Of a DNA stretch of 26,738 bases, positions 16,588 to 25,215 are shown one piece after another. The position numbers and the translations under genes were made by a program. The stretch comes from Candidatus Saccharimonadia bacterium (lineage in GTDB: Bacteria > Patescibacteriota > Saccharimonadia > UBA4664), in contig DATAMV010000111.1 of the NCBI GenBank assembly GCA_036266515.1, forward strand, positions 1 through 26,738. The letters run 5' to 3'. The notes beneath the pieces are model-generated. The model saw nothing but the letters and a program-made list of their open reading frames with translations. It was not told the origin of the DNA and ran no database searches. Position 1 is the first letter of the stretch. Every line of letters starts with the position of its first letter.

Positions 16588-17031
16588 GTGTCATTGTTGC
16601 GGATCGTTACACCGGCGTTGCTCGCGACCATCGGTGCGGGGGTCTTTTTCTCGGGGTACCAGACCTCGGGCAAGACTCTGTACAAGGGGCAGCCGCCGAC
16701 GCTCGTGACGGCCTATGCGCTACTGGTGGCCACGGGCGTGATGTTTGTGATCGCCTACGCGACTAACCACACCCTGGCCATCCAAGGTAGCGTGGTGAGC
16801 TTCGCGGAGCGCGAATTGCTCACGGGCACGCTGCTGGCGCTGGGAAACTACATGATCTTCCTGGCCCTGGCGACCGGCCCGCTGAGCAAGTTCACGATCG
16901 TGTACGTCCCGTTGCTGCTCGCCCTCAACGTGGTGGCCAGCAAGTTCATCAACCATGAACCGATCCACCCCCAGCAGGTCCTCGCGGCCACGGGCGCGAT
17001 TGCGTGCATCATCTGGTTCATCAAGGCGTGA
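16588..17031 (+). CDS. EamA/DMT-superfamily small membrane transporter (about 5 TM)
   Basis: 'FLALATGPLSKFTIVYVPLLLALNVVASKFINHEPIHPQQVLA' follows the EamA 'GP.S...P......l..E.....q' pattern; 147 aa. Confidence 0.7.
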   Translation: MSLLRIVTPALLATIGAGVFFSGYQTSGKTLYKGQPPTLVTAYALLVATGVMFVIAYATNHTLAIQGSVVSFAERELLTGTLLALGNYMIFLALATGPLSKFTIVYVPLLLALNVVASKFINHEPIHPQQVLAATGAIACIIWFIKA

Positions 17032-17039
17032 CACAAGAA

Positions 17040-17083
17040 GGGCCGGTCTGGATCAAGGGAGAGTCTTCCCTCCGGACCGGCCC
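17040..17083. terminator. GC-rich stem-loop between convergent EamA-like and purD genes
   Basis: GGGCCGGTCTGGA / TCCGGACCGGCCC (13 bp, one G.U) enclosing an inner GGGAG/TTCCC hairpin; TTTTT 7 nt downstream on +. Confidence 0.6.
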
Positions 17084-17096
17084 TGAGCCGTTTTTA

Positions 17097-18392
17097 TTAA
17101 GCGGTTTTGGGTGCTGGGCGGGCACCGATGTCGATGCGGTACTGCATGCCGTCGAATTGAATGCGCTTGACCGCATTGTAGGCATTAGCGCGGGCCTCGG
17201 TGAGAGTTTTGCCCACGGCCGAAACGCCGAGCACGCGCCCACCATTGGTCACCAGCCGGCCATCGTCGCCGCGCTTGGTGCCCGCGTGGAACACCACCAC
17301 GCCCGGAAGTTCTTCGGCGTCTTCTACGCCCGTGATCGGCAGGCCCTTTGCGTACTTGCCGGGGTAGCCGCCGGAGGCCACAATCACGCATACGGCCGAT
17401 TCGTCGCTCCACTTCATGTCGGTCTCGGCGAGCGTGCCGTCTACGCAGGCGTTTAAGATCTCGAGCAGGTCAGATTCCAGGAGCCGGAGATACGACTGGG
17501 GTTCGGGATCGCCGAAGCGCGCGTTGAATTCCACCACTTTAATGTCTTGGCCGTCGACCATCAGGCCGGGATATAGCATGCCCTTAAACGGCGCGTCGGC
17601 TTCGGCCAGGCCGGCCAGCACCGGCTCCACGATCGTGGTGCGGATTTGCTCAATCATGGCTGGCGTTACCCAAGGCACGGGGGCGTAGGTGCCCATGCCG
17701 CCGGTGTTGGGCCCGACGTCGCCGGTGCCGATGGGCTTGTGGTCTTGGGACACCGGCAGAATCACCGCGGTTTTGCCGTCGCACAGTACCTGGACAGAAA
17801 TTTCTTGGCCTTGCATAAATTCTTCGACCACGACCGAGCTGCCGGATTCGCCGAAGATTTTTTCGCCCATGATCTCGTTGAGTGCTCTCATGGCCTCATC
17901 ACGCGTTTGGCACACGTACACGCCCTTGCCGAGCGCCAGTCCGTTGGCCTTAATTACGAGCGGCAGCGCGTGGTCACGTATGTACGCTTCGGCGGCGGCT
18001 AGGTCGGTGAACGTTTGGTATCCGGCGGTGGGGATGTGGTGCTTGGCCATGAGGTCCTTGGCAAAAACCTTGGATGATTCAATGCGGGCAGCGGCCTGAG
18101 TGGGGCCAAAGGCGCGTAGGCCGGCAGCCTGGCACGCGTCCACGAGGCCGGCGGCTAGCACGTCGTCGGAGGCAGCCACCACCAGGCCAATGTCGTTGGC
18201 TTGGGCAAATTCCACGACGGCTGCTTTGTCGAAGGGGTTGAGGTCGGCGGTGGTAGCTACCTGAGCGGTGCCGCCGTTGCTAGGCGCGATGTAAAGTTTG
18301 CCAATGTTTGGTGATTTGGCGAGCATCCAGGCGAGCGTGTGTTCGCGGCCGCCGCCGGCGCCGATAATAAGAACGTTCTGCTTCCCTGCCAC
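17097..18392 (-). CDS. purD: Phosphoribosylamine-glycine ligase
   Basis: IIGAGGGREH, APSNGG, IESSKVFAK, IKANGLALGKGV, DHK...GPNTGGMG, EFNARFGDPE, GGYPG, VFHAGT, TNGGRVL; SD GGAGG before GTG. Confidence 0.96.
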   Translation of the reverse strand: MAGKQNVLIIGAGGGREHTLAWMLAKSPNIGKLYIAPSNGGTAQVATTADLNPFDKAAVVEFAQANDIGLVVAASDDVLAAGLVDACQAAGLRAFGPTQAAARIESSKVFAKDLMAKHHIPTAGYQTFTDLAAAEAYIRDHALPLVIKANGLALGKGVYVCQTRDEAMRALNEIMGEKIFGESGSSVVVEEFMQGQEISVQVLCDGKTAVILPVSQDHKPIGTGDVGPNTGGMGTYAPVPWVTPAMIEQIRTTIVEPVLAGLAEADAPFKGMLYPGLMVDGQDIKVVEFNARFGDPEPQSYLRLLESDLLEILNACVDGTLAETDMKWSDESAVCVIVASGGYPGKYAKGLPITGVEDAEELPGVVVFHAGTKRGDDGRLVTNGGRVLGVSAVGKTLTEARANAYNAVKRIQFDGMQYRIDIGARPAPKTA

Positions 18393-18418
18393 ACCAGCCT
18401 CCGTGATAATCTTGTTGT

Positions 18419-19471
18419 ATGCATCGTATCATCCCCAGCCGCAGTCAGATACGGCGGTGGGTTAAATTTGGCGGCGTGGCTTTTGTGTTTGCCGGTAGTG
18501 TTTTGGCGGTAGTTTTGGCCTGGCCGCATCCCGTGGTGGGTATTGTAGACAACCGCTCCTATCCGGTACAGTTGCGCACGAATTATGCCAAGGCGGTGCA
18601 GTCGGTGCGCGATTTTCAGCGGCGCCAAGCCATGCTCCACGCGCGCGTGGCCAGCGACCATCAACTAAGGCTTTTGCTTTCGAATGTGCAGCTCGATGCG
18701 GCCAGCGGACATTATGCCACCGCCGAAGCCGACATCCGCGAACTGCGGCAGGCCCTTACCAACTGGAATTTTGAACTCAACGGCGGCAGCGGCGGGGCTA
18801 CGGCGCAGGCGCAATTTAGTATCCAGCTGCCAATTTTGCTCTACCACTATCCCCCACCCAATTTTGAAGAGCAGTTGGCGCACCTCGAGCAGGCCGGCTA
18901 TACCACGATTGACTTAGATCAGGCGCTCGACGGCCTGCATGGTGGCGCTCTCCCGGCCAAGCCGGTGGTAATTACATTCGATGACGGATTTGCCGCGCAG
19001 ATGCAGGCATTCGAGCTCCTGAAACGCCATCACATGAAAGCCACGTTCTACATTATTGACGGCGGCGAAGCCAGCAAATGGTGCATCGGCGCGGGCCGGC
19101 GCTACGGCGATCCACTGCAGCCGCCCGGCGGGTGTGGCGATGCCTACCTGAGTTGGGACCAAGTGCGGACATTGGATAAAAGCGGACTCATTACCATCGG
19201 CGGCCACACTGTTAACCACCGCAATTTAGCCACGCTTTCCGCCGCGGACCAGGAGTTTGAGATTGTACAAGGCAAGGAGCTGCTCGAGGCTGAATTGGGG
19301 CACTCCGTGCACGACTTTGCCTACCCATACGGCGCCTACAACGCCGAAAGCATCAAACTTGCACAGGAGGCGGGCTACACCACGGCCGTGACGACCATGG
19401 AGGGTACAGTCCAAACCGACACATCGATTTATACGCTGCGGCGCGTGCGTGACGCGCTACTGTTGCCTTAG
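18419..19471 (+). CDS. Membrane-anchored polysaccharide deacetylase (NodB/IcaB-PgaB-like, CE4)
   Basis: N-terminal TM, helical stalk, then VITFDDG, ATFYII, GHTVNH, FAYPYG, AVTT, LRRV. Confidence 0.9.
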   Translation: MHRIIPSRSQIRRWVKFGGVAFVFAGSVLAVVLAWPHPVVGIVDNRSYPVQLRTNYAKAVQSVRDFQRRQAMLHARVASDHQLRLLLSNVQLDAASGHYATAEADIRELRQALTNWNFELNGGSGGATAQAQFSIQLPILLYHYPPPNFEEQLAHLEQAGYTTIDLDQALDGLHGGALPAKPVVITFDDGFAAQMQAFELLKRHHMKATFYIIDGGEASKWCIGAGRRYGDPLQPPGGCGDAYLSWDQVRTLDKSGLITIGGHTVNHRNLATLSAADQEFEIVQGKELLEAELGHSVHDFAYPYGAYNAESIKLAQEAGYTTAVTTMEGTVQTDTSIYTLRRVRDALLLP

Positions 19472-19570
19472 CTATTTGCTCTTGCGGCGGCGCAAGAAGC
19501 GATCGGCTGTAAATCCGCCGGCCAGGACGATGAGGCCCAGAACCATATACGGCCATCTTTCTTGATACAT
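19472..19570 (-). CDS. Putative 32-aa single-pass membrane micro-protein
   Basis: Below the ORF-track cutoff. ATG 19570 to TAG 19472 reads MYQERWPYMVLGLIVLAGGFTADRFLRRRKSK and fills most of the gap between two + strand genes. Confidence 0.55.
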   Translation of the reverse strand: MYQERWPYMVLGLIVLAGGFTADRFLRRRKSK

Positions 19571-19623
19571 TACAAGTAATGCGTCTTGTAGCTTAAGGTG
19601 TGTATTTTTACTATGCTTAGCAC

Positions 19624-20304
19624 ATGGATCACGTTTCTGTCCCGCTGCAAATGATCTTCCACCCGGTTAAGTACTTCCGGCGCTGGCTCAATATTTACCG
19701 CCAGTGGGAATTCTGGGCGTTGTGCCTGGTGGTGTTAGGCTGCTACTACTCGCTCGATGCGGCTGGGCTACTCCCCCGCTATCTTCACGATCATCCCAAT
19801 GTCGCAAAGACGATTACGACGGCGATCATATTGCTTCCTATGCCCTATCTGATTGCGCGCAAAGAGCGCCGACTTCACGGACGCGACGATTGGTTTATGC
19901 GGATTCTGGGGCGCGTGCAGCGCGGAAAACTGCTGCCCACTACGATTGCGGGGCTGCTCGGCGTGGCTGCAATTTCGTTCTTCTTCCCGATCTTTGCCGA
20001 TATCCACACCAAAGCTCCCCTCACCGGCTTGGGTTTAATTCTGCAGCACCCGATAGCGGCGGGAATTCCGGTGGTGGCTCTGGGAGCGGCCGCGGCGGTC
20101 CTGTGGGATTACCAGGAGTGGCGGTGGTTTGCGTTTTTCTGGGCGATTGGCGCCAGCGCGGGCGTGTTTGCCGTGGCGGGCCTCTACACTGACGCCGATG
20201 CTGATATTTCCGGCATCGGGGGCTGGGCCGGCATGGTCGCGCTCCTTGCCCCCGCAGTTGCGGCGGTACTGTGCCTGATTCCGCAAAAGGTGCGAGCGAA
20301 ATGA
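19624..20304 (+). CDS. Hypothetical polytopic membrane protein (about 6 TM)
   Basis: 226 aa, multiple hydrophobic segments; TATGCT 6 nt before the ATG; no family recognised. Confidence 0.7.
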   Translation: MDHVSVPLQMIFHPVKYFRRWLNIYRQWEFWALCLVVLGCYYSLDAAGLLPRYLHDHPNVAKTITTAIILLPMPYLIARKERRLHGRDDWFMRILGRVQRGKLLPTTIAGLLGVAAISFFFPIFADIHTKAPLTGLGLILQHPIAAGIPVVALGAAAAVLWDYQEWRWFAFFWAIGASAGVFAVAGLYTDADADISGIGGWAGMVALLAPAVAAVLCLIPQKVRAK

Positions 20305-20900
20305 AGGCAAAACTCCAGGTCTCTGACCTGAATAATAGAATTTATAGCCATATTTCTATCGCCTTTTCTGCATTCGATGATGCAGACGAAGAACGGGTAC
20401 TAAAAGAGACCGTTAAGCCGTCCACACAACTTCCCCTTATGACCACACACGATATAAGGCAGAAATACGGCGTATCCGACGAAGTAGCGACACATCTTGT
20501 CGGCTTTCAGAATGAGATTATGGCCGACTTCGATGCCGCCGTTGAGTCGCTAATGTCGCGCTCGGAGCGATACCTTGAGGTCAAGCCGTTTCTTGGCGAC
20601 AAGAAATTTAATAAAGGTCTCTTGGAAGAATACGTCGACCAAAATATCAGTTTGAAAGACTTGAACCCGACGAATAACCTCTACAGGGCTTTGGGTGCGG
20701 CGGCTATCTCGTTTGTCCTGCTGGCCCTTGTGATTTGGATCACCAGGATTCCGCATCTTGATCTTGGAATAGACCCAATCGGTGGTAGCATTCTTGGAAT
20801 CATCTGGGTGGGACTAACTTTATTGGGCGCAGCTAGTATTCCAAAGCGCTATCGCACCAGAAAGCTGCTGGTGCACCTGGCTAAATCGAAGCGGCCGTAA
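20301..20900 (+). CDS. Hypothetical protein with two C-terminal TM helices (start probably ATG 20301)
   Basis: ATGA overlap with the previous stop; soluble acidic N-terminal region, two hydrophobic segments, basic tail; visibly AT-richer than its neighbours. Confidence 0.7.
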   Translation: MKAKLQVSDLNNRIYSHISIAFSAFDDADEERVLKETVKPSTQLPLMTTHDIRQKYGVSDEVATHLVGFQNEIMADFDAAVESLMSRSERYLEVKPFLGDKKFNKGLLEEYVDQNISLKDLNPTNNLYRALGAAAISFVLLALVIWITRIPHLDLGIDPIGGSILGIIWVGLTLLGAASIPKRYRTRKLLVHLAKSKRP

Positions 20901-21386
20901 CTACTCGCCCTTGTCGCCCTTGGGCTTGTCGAGGCCGAGTTTTTCGCCGATCATGTCGAGCACCTGGCGCGGGGTGAGTTCGGCCTTCACAAGGTACTCA
21001 GCGCCGTAGGAGTGGGCAGCATTGCGGTCGGACAGTTCGGACGAGTTGGTGAGGACGATCACGGGCATGGAGGTGAAATCGAAGTTGTCGTTTTGGAGGG
21101 CGCCCAGCACTTCCAGGCCGGAGAGTTCGGGCATGTTGATATCGAGTACGGCCAGATTGGGGTGCTCGGATTTGATGGCCTCAAACGCGTCGCGTCCGTT
21201 GTTTTTGACGATAACTTTGTAGCCTGCGCTTTCGAGCTTGATCTGATACATGCGCGAGATGAAGGGGTCATCCTCGGCGATCAGGATCTGCTTTTGACCA
21301 TCGGACGCGGCTGGTTTGGCCGGTGCCGCTTCGGGATCGGTCATGGTAAACGTGGGTTCAGGCTTTGTGGGGGTTGTGTCGGCCAT
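20901..21386 (-). CDS. Single-domain response regulator (receiver only)
   Basis: ILIAEDD, VLDINMP (phospho-Asp), VIVLTN, YLVK; GAGGT 8 nt before ATG 21386, so the track's 21485 start is probably spurious; no output domain. Confidence 0.9.
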   Translation of the reverse strand: MADTTPTKPEPTFTMTDPEAAPAKPAASDGQKQILIAEDDPFISRMYQIKLESAGYKVIVKNNGRDAFEAIKSEHPNLAVLDINMPELSGLEVLGALQNDNFDFTSMPVIVLTNSSELSDRNAAHSYGAEYLVKAELTPRQVLDMIGEKLGLDKPKGDKGE

Positions 21387-23535
21387 GGTGCGGGACCTCG
21401 TGAATTGGTTTGACGGGTTTAAAGGGCAGTTCGAATCCGAATGTTGAGCCTTTACCTTCGACGCTGCTAAATATAATTGTACCACCCTGGTCCTGAATTA
21501 CGCGCTTGGCCAAGTACAGGCCGAGGCCGGTGCCGTCGGGGCGGACGGTCTGGGCGTTGTCGGCCCGGAAGAATTTACTAAAGAGCTTTTTGCGGGCTTT
21601 TTCTGGCACACCGATGCCGGTGTCGCGGACTTCGAGACGGATATTTTCTCCGGCTTTTTCGAGAGTCACGCGCACCTCGCCTTGCTGGGTGTAGTAGATG
21701 GCGTTGTCGATGAAGTTCATGACCACTTGTCTCGTCTTGTTGTCGTCGACTTCGGCAGGGGGCAGGCCGCCGGGCGGGGCGTCGAAGATGAGCTTGATAC
21801 CCTTGGCTGAGGCGTGCGACTGTAGCTGCCGGACCTCGTCGTTGACCATAGCGATCATGTCGGTGGGCTTGGTCTGGATGAGGAAGCGGCCCGCCGAGAG
21901 GCGGCTGACGTTTAAGAGATCGGAGATGAGGTTGACCATGCGCTCGGACGAGTCAAAGGCGTACTGGGTAAACTCGGATTGGCCTTTGCTGAGTTTGCCG
22001 GCATCGCCTTCGAGCATCATCGAGAGATAGCCCTTGATGGTGGTGAGCGGCGTGCGCAGCTGGTGCGAGGCCATGCTGATGAATTCGTCTTTAGCGTGGT
22101 CAAGCTCTTTGAGGTGGCGGTTGGCTACACGCAGCCGGTTGGTGGCGTGGTCCACGCGTGCCTGGAGTGTGAGGTTAAATTCCTGGATCTGCGCGTAGGC
22201 CTTGGCATTGGAAATTGCCACAGCCAGCTCACCGGCGATGATTTCGAGCAGTTCGGCATCCTGCGTTGAGTAAATTTCGCCCGATAACTTGTCGCCCAGG
22301 AGCAGGTAGCCAATGAATTCGTCGCGCGTGCGCAGGGTCATGGAGAGGCGCACGCCATGTTTGTCCATAAGGGTTTTGCGCTCACCGCCCGGTAGCTCAT
22401 CGGCTACGAGCATGGGCTTGTCGAGCTTGGCCAGCTCCGGTGCCACCATGAGGCGCCGAGGTAGCTCACCGTAGTGCTCCACTCGGTACACCCGGTCATT
22501 ATTAAAGACAATGATTTGGGCGAATTGGATATGAAGGCTTTCGCTAAGCTCAGTAAGCGAACGCTTGAGAATACGGTTGAGATCGAGTTCTGAGACGAGC
22601 AGCTTGGTGAAATTATTGAGTACAACTTCGGTATCGTAACCGTTGCGGAAGAAGACCGTGTTTGTTATCCGTTCAAAAAAGAGACGTAATGGCTGGAAAA
22701 TAAGAGCCACAGAAAGGGCCAGTGCGGTCGTGATTATGCCCTGCTGTACGGTTTCGCTGGTCGATGGCAAAAATATCCGGGAGATCACGAGCAGAATGGC
22801 GCCGCACGCAACGGCTAGCGTTGTCAGAAGCAGGACGTACGCCACCGAACGGGCCACGAGAATTCGAATGTTGAAGAGACGGTGGCGGATAATGGCGTAC
22901 GTACAGATGCCGATGAATACCAGAATGAAATACGAACCGAGCGCTGCCAGGTCATTGTTGCCCTGGATAAGCGGGAGAAAGAGATTGGTGATGGAAGTCA
23001 GGACCGCCGTAAGAATTAATCCGGTGGCCACGTAGCGAACCCGCTCTTTTTCGACGCTCGTACTATGAATAAGCTGGTGTCTGATGAGCCAGAAGGTCAA
23101 AACTATCCCTATAACTACGTAGGCAATAAAGATGGGATAGAGTGACCCCTCTACGACATTGGCCCGGTCGGGGCTTAGCTCAACTCGTGGCACAAAATTC
23201 GGTAAGAGCGTGATGATGGCAACGATGGTCGTAAGGGCACCGAAAATAAGGGTTGGTGTCAGGGAGAAGACCTTGCGTGACAAATTGTTAATAAACAGAA
23301 ACATCAAGAGAATCAAAAAAGCGCTCAGCGCGAAGGTGAGCCGGACCCACACCAAGCTTCTCGCCTGGTCGTGGTCGGCCAAATAATTTATGACCGAATA
23401 TACCCCCGCCAAACCACAAAGGGTCGCAAAGAATTGGTTTGTGCGGCTTTTCCCATTGTTTAGCAGGGTAATGAGGCCGAGGCCGATTGACGCACAAGCA
23501 ACACCCAACACACCATAAAAGCTTACGCTTAACAT
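21358..23535 (-). CDS. Sensor histidine kinase: 7TM sensor, GAF-like, HisKA, HATPase
   Basis: N-terminal TM bundle; GAF-type 'LLGDKLSGEIYSTQDAELLEIIAGELAVAISNA'; H-box SMASHQLRTPLT; N-box NFIDNA; DTGIG; GTGLGL. Confidence 0.95.
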   Translation of the reverse strand: MLSVSFYGVLGVACASIGLGLITLLNNGKSRTNQFFATLCGLAGVYSVINYLADHDQARSLVWVRLTFALSAFLILLMFLFINNLSRKVFSLTPTLIFGALTTIVAIITLLPNFVPRVELSPDRANVVEGSLYPIFIAYVVIGIVLTFWLIRHQLIHSTSVEKERVRYVATGLILTAVLTSITNLFLPLIQGNNDLAALGSYFILVFIGICTYAIIRHRLFNIRILVARSVAYVLLLTTLAVACGAILLVISRIFLPSTSETVQQGIITTALALSVALIFQPLRLFFERITNTVFFRNGYDTEVVLNNFTKLLVSELDLNRILKRSLTELSESLHIQFAQIIVFNNDRVYRVEHYGELPRRLMVAPELAKLDKPMLVADELPGGERKTLMDKHGVRLSMTLRTRDEFIGYLLLGDKLSGEIYSTQDAELLEIIAGELAVAISNAKAYAQIQEFNLTLQARVDHATNRLRVANRHLKELDHAKDEFISMASHQLRTPLTTIKGYLSMMLEGDAGKLSKGQSEFTQYAFDSSERMVNLISDLLNVSRLSAGRFLIQTKPTDMIAMVNDEVRQLQSHASAKGIKLIFDAPPGGLPPAEVDDNKTRQVVMNFIDNAIYYTQQGEVRVTLEKAGENIRLEVRDTGIGVPEKARKKLFSKFFRADNAQTVRPDGTGLGLYLAKRVIQDQGGTIIFSSVEGKGSTFGFELPFKPVKPIHEVPHHGRHNPHKA

Positions 23536-23550
23536 GTCTTAATCGTAGCA
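23536..23550 (-). promoter_or_regulatory. Extended -10 leaderless promoter for the histidine kinase (TG-C-TACGAT-N6-ATG)
   Basis: Minus strand TGC TACGAT TAAGAC ATG in the 40-bp gap after the methyltransferase. Confidence 0.55.
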
Positions 23551-23575
23551 CGTCCAACCCTATTGGATGGAAGGA

Positions 23576-24313
23576 TTACGCGCCGGGCTGGTGGGTGACC
23601 TCAAATAAAATATTTACGCCGTTCTGGGGGCCGCCATAACAAACATCAGTGCTCACCCATGAGGCGCCGCTAGCCGCGACAGCCTTGCGCAGTTTAGCTT
23701 CGTCCGGGAATGCGAAGTGGCCCGTGTGCCCAAAGATATTGATGAGGGCATCGATCAGGAAAACCCCAATGAGGCGCGGGCGCAGCAGTACCCAGACCGA
23801 GGAGTGTTCGAAATGCTCTTTGATGATGGGACCGCTTCCGGGACGAACTGAGGTCGTCGCGATAATCGCTCCATTCGGAGAGAGGACACGCATCAGCTCT
23901 TTCCACAACGCAGTCTGGTCGGCAATTGCATACAAAACATTCACCGAAATAATCCGGTCGTACGAATTGTCGGGCTGAGCTTCAAGATAGGCCTGCACGT
24001 CTGCCTGCACGAGCTCGAGGTGGCCGGCGTCACGGAATGAACGCAATTTGCGCCCGGCCACTTTAAGCATCGAGGACGAGGCGTCTACCCCAGTGGCGGT
24101 CACGCCTGCATGGCCCAGACTACGAACGAGCATGTTGCCAGTGCCGCAGCCTAGGTCAAGTACCCTTAAGCCGGCACGGAGCCTAAGCTTCGCCTCGACT
24201 AGGTCCAGGAGGTGGCGGTATGGCCAAAAAGCCAAGAGGCCGTCATAGGTATAGCCATACAAGACCCACAGTTTCTTGATCGTGGCCGATGGATGTTTGG
24301 CGTGACTACTCAT
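23576..24313 (-). CDS. Class I SAM-dependent methyltransferase
   Basis: Motif I VLDLGCGTG, VDASSSML, QADV, YDRIISVNVLY, LSPNG; start overlaps the upstream stop by 8 nt. Confidence 0.9.
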   Translation of the reverse strand: MSSHAKHPSATIKKLWVLYGYTYDGLLAFWPYRHLLDLVEAKLRLRAGLRVLDLGCGTGNMLVRSLGHAGVTATGVDASSSMLKVAGRKLRSFRDAGHLELVQADVQAYLEAQPDNSYDRIISVNVLYAIADQTALWKELMRVLSPNGAIIATTSVRPGSGPIIKEHFEHSSVWVLLRPRLIGVFLIDALINIFGHTGHFAFPDEAKLRKAVAASGASWVSTDVCYGGPQNGVNILFEVTHQPGA

Positions 24314-25073
24314 GGCTAATGGCAGCCTGGTGCAGCTTATTTAGCTCGTTGCGGTCGACTCCATCGAGCAGGAAGCGCGTCAGGGCCTCGTGCACCTTGC
24401 GCTTGAAGGGATTGAGCGGCTTCACGGCCAATAGGTAATCAAAGAGCCGTTCGGTATCAAGCATTAGTGGCACCACATCGTGGCCTTTGAAATGGCGCTT
24501 CTCGCCGATACGTTGAAGCATCCGCCCAAATAATAGCTTCAACCGCAAATATAAACGTACGTCGCACGACATGAGCCAAGTCTGGTAACCATTTTGGACT
24601 GAATATAGCCACATGGCTTTATACAGCATAAAAACAGCGGCGGTACTGGTGCCGCGCTCTTTAACAAGCCCCGAGACCTCGGCGCACGACGCAGGATCTA
24701 GGAGTTCAATCTTGGCTTTATATTTTTTGTATAGAGGCTGGTGAATATAGGTCTGGAACGAGTCGTGTCCCTTGTGTGGGTCCTTGTAAATCAAGCGCGC
24801 CGCGGACACGACCTGCGGTTCGGGCAGGTCAGTTCGCTCCACCACAAAATACTGGGAGTGAAATTGGTACGGGTCTTCCTTTGGTCCGATATATAGAGCG
24901 TCATCGGTGAGGTCAGTGGGTTTTACAAAACCCCGCGCAAGGTAAACCTTGGCATGCAGCTGTTTAGCTTTATTCAGGTAATGGGGTTCATCGACTACGA
25001 TTACCCGGAACATGCCGGTGTCTTCTTTGAAAACCTTGTTAAACGTTAGTAACTGGGAGATTTTCTTGAACAT
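24306..25073 (-). CDS. GNAT-fold acyltransferase of the N-acyl amino acid synthase (FeeM) / LuxI-like type
   Basis: 'AKQLHAKVYLARGF...EDPYQFHSQYF...VVSAARLI...AEVSGLVK...MLYKAM...WLMSCD' follows the FeeM/LuxI layout (helix..VY..G, acidic D-x-Y/F, RL strand, E-x-S). Divergent; not a confident LuxI. Confidence 0.68.
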   Translation of the reverse strand: MFKKISQLLTFNKVFKEDTGMFRVIVVDEPHYLNKAKQLHAKVYLARGFVKPTDLTDDALYIGPKEDPYQFHSQYFVVERTDLPEPQVVSAARLIYKDPHKGHDSFQTYIHQPLYKKYKAKIELLDPASCAEVSGLVKERGTSTAAVFMLYKAMWLYSVQNGYQTWLMSCDVRLYLRLKLLFGRMLQRIGEKRHFKGHDVVPLMLDTERLFDYLLAVKPLNPFKRKVHEALTRFLLDGVDRNELNKLHQAAISHE

Positions 25074-25130
25074 AGTGAGAAGTCACACTTTCTTGTCATC
25101 TACTGAATTTTCCATGATTGTGGATTGACT

Positions 25131-25160
25131 ATCATATCATTATGTGTTCTAAATAATCAA
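25131..25160 (-). promoter_or_regulatory. Promoter for the acyltransferase-methyltransferase-kinase cassette (TTGATT-18-TATGAT, extended TG)
   Basis: -35 at 25155-25160, -10 at 25131-25136 on the minus strand. Confidence 0.6.
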
Positions 25161-25215
25161 GTAATATTCTCTTCCCTGATATAGCTTTGCCTTGTAGCCA
25201 TTAGAAGAATTGTTC

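Noticed and set aside
19469-19474. Zero-gap or overlapping convergent stops (also 7018-7021 and 20898-20903) as antisense toxin-antitoxin signs
   Set aside because: Better explained by general genome compaction; no independent sRNA or toxin evidence.
20808-20816. GTGGGACTA matching the tRNA-Glu 3' end (4553-4561), possible attR
   Set aside because: Only 9 bp, inside a CDS, no integrase in the window; compatible with chance.
21387-21485. N-terminal extension of the response regulator given by the ORF track
   Set aside because: Overlaps the kinase's coding end by over 100 nt; ATG 21386 has a GAGGT SD at proper spacing.
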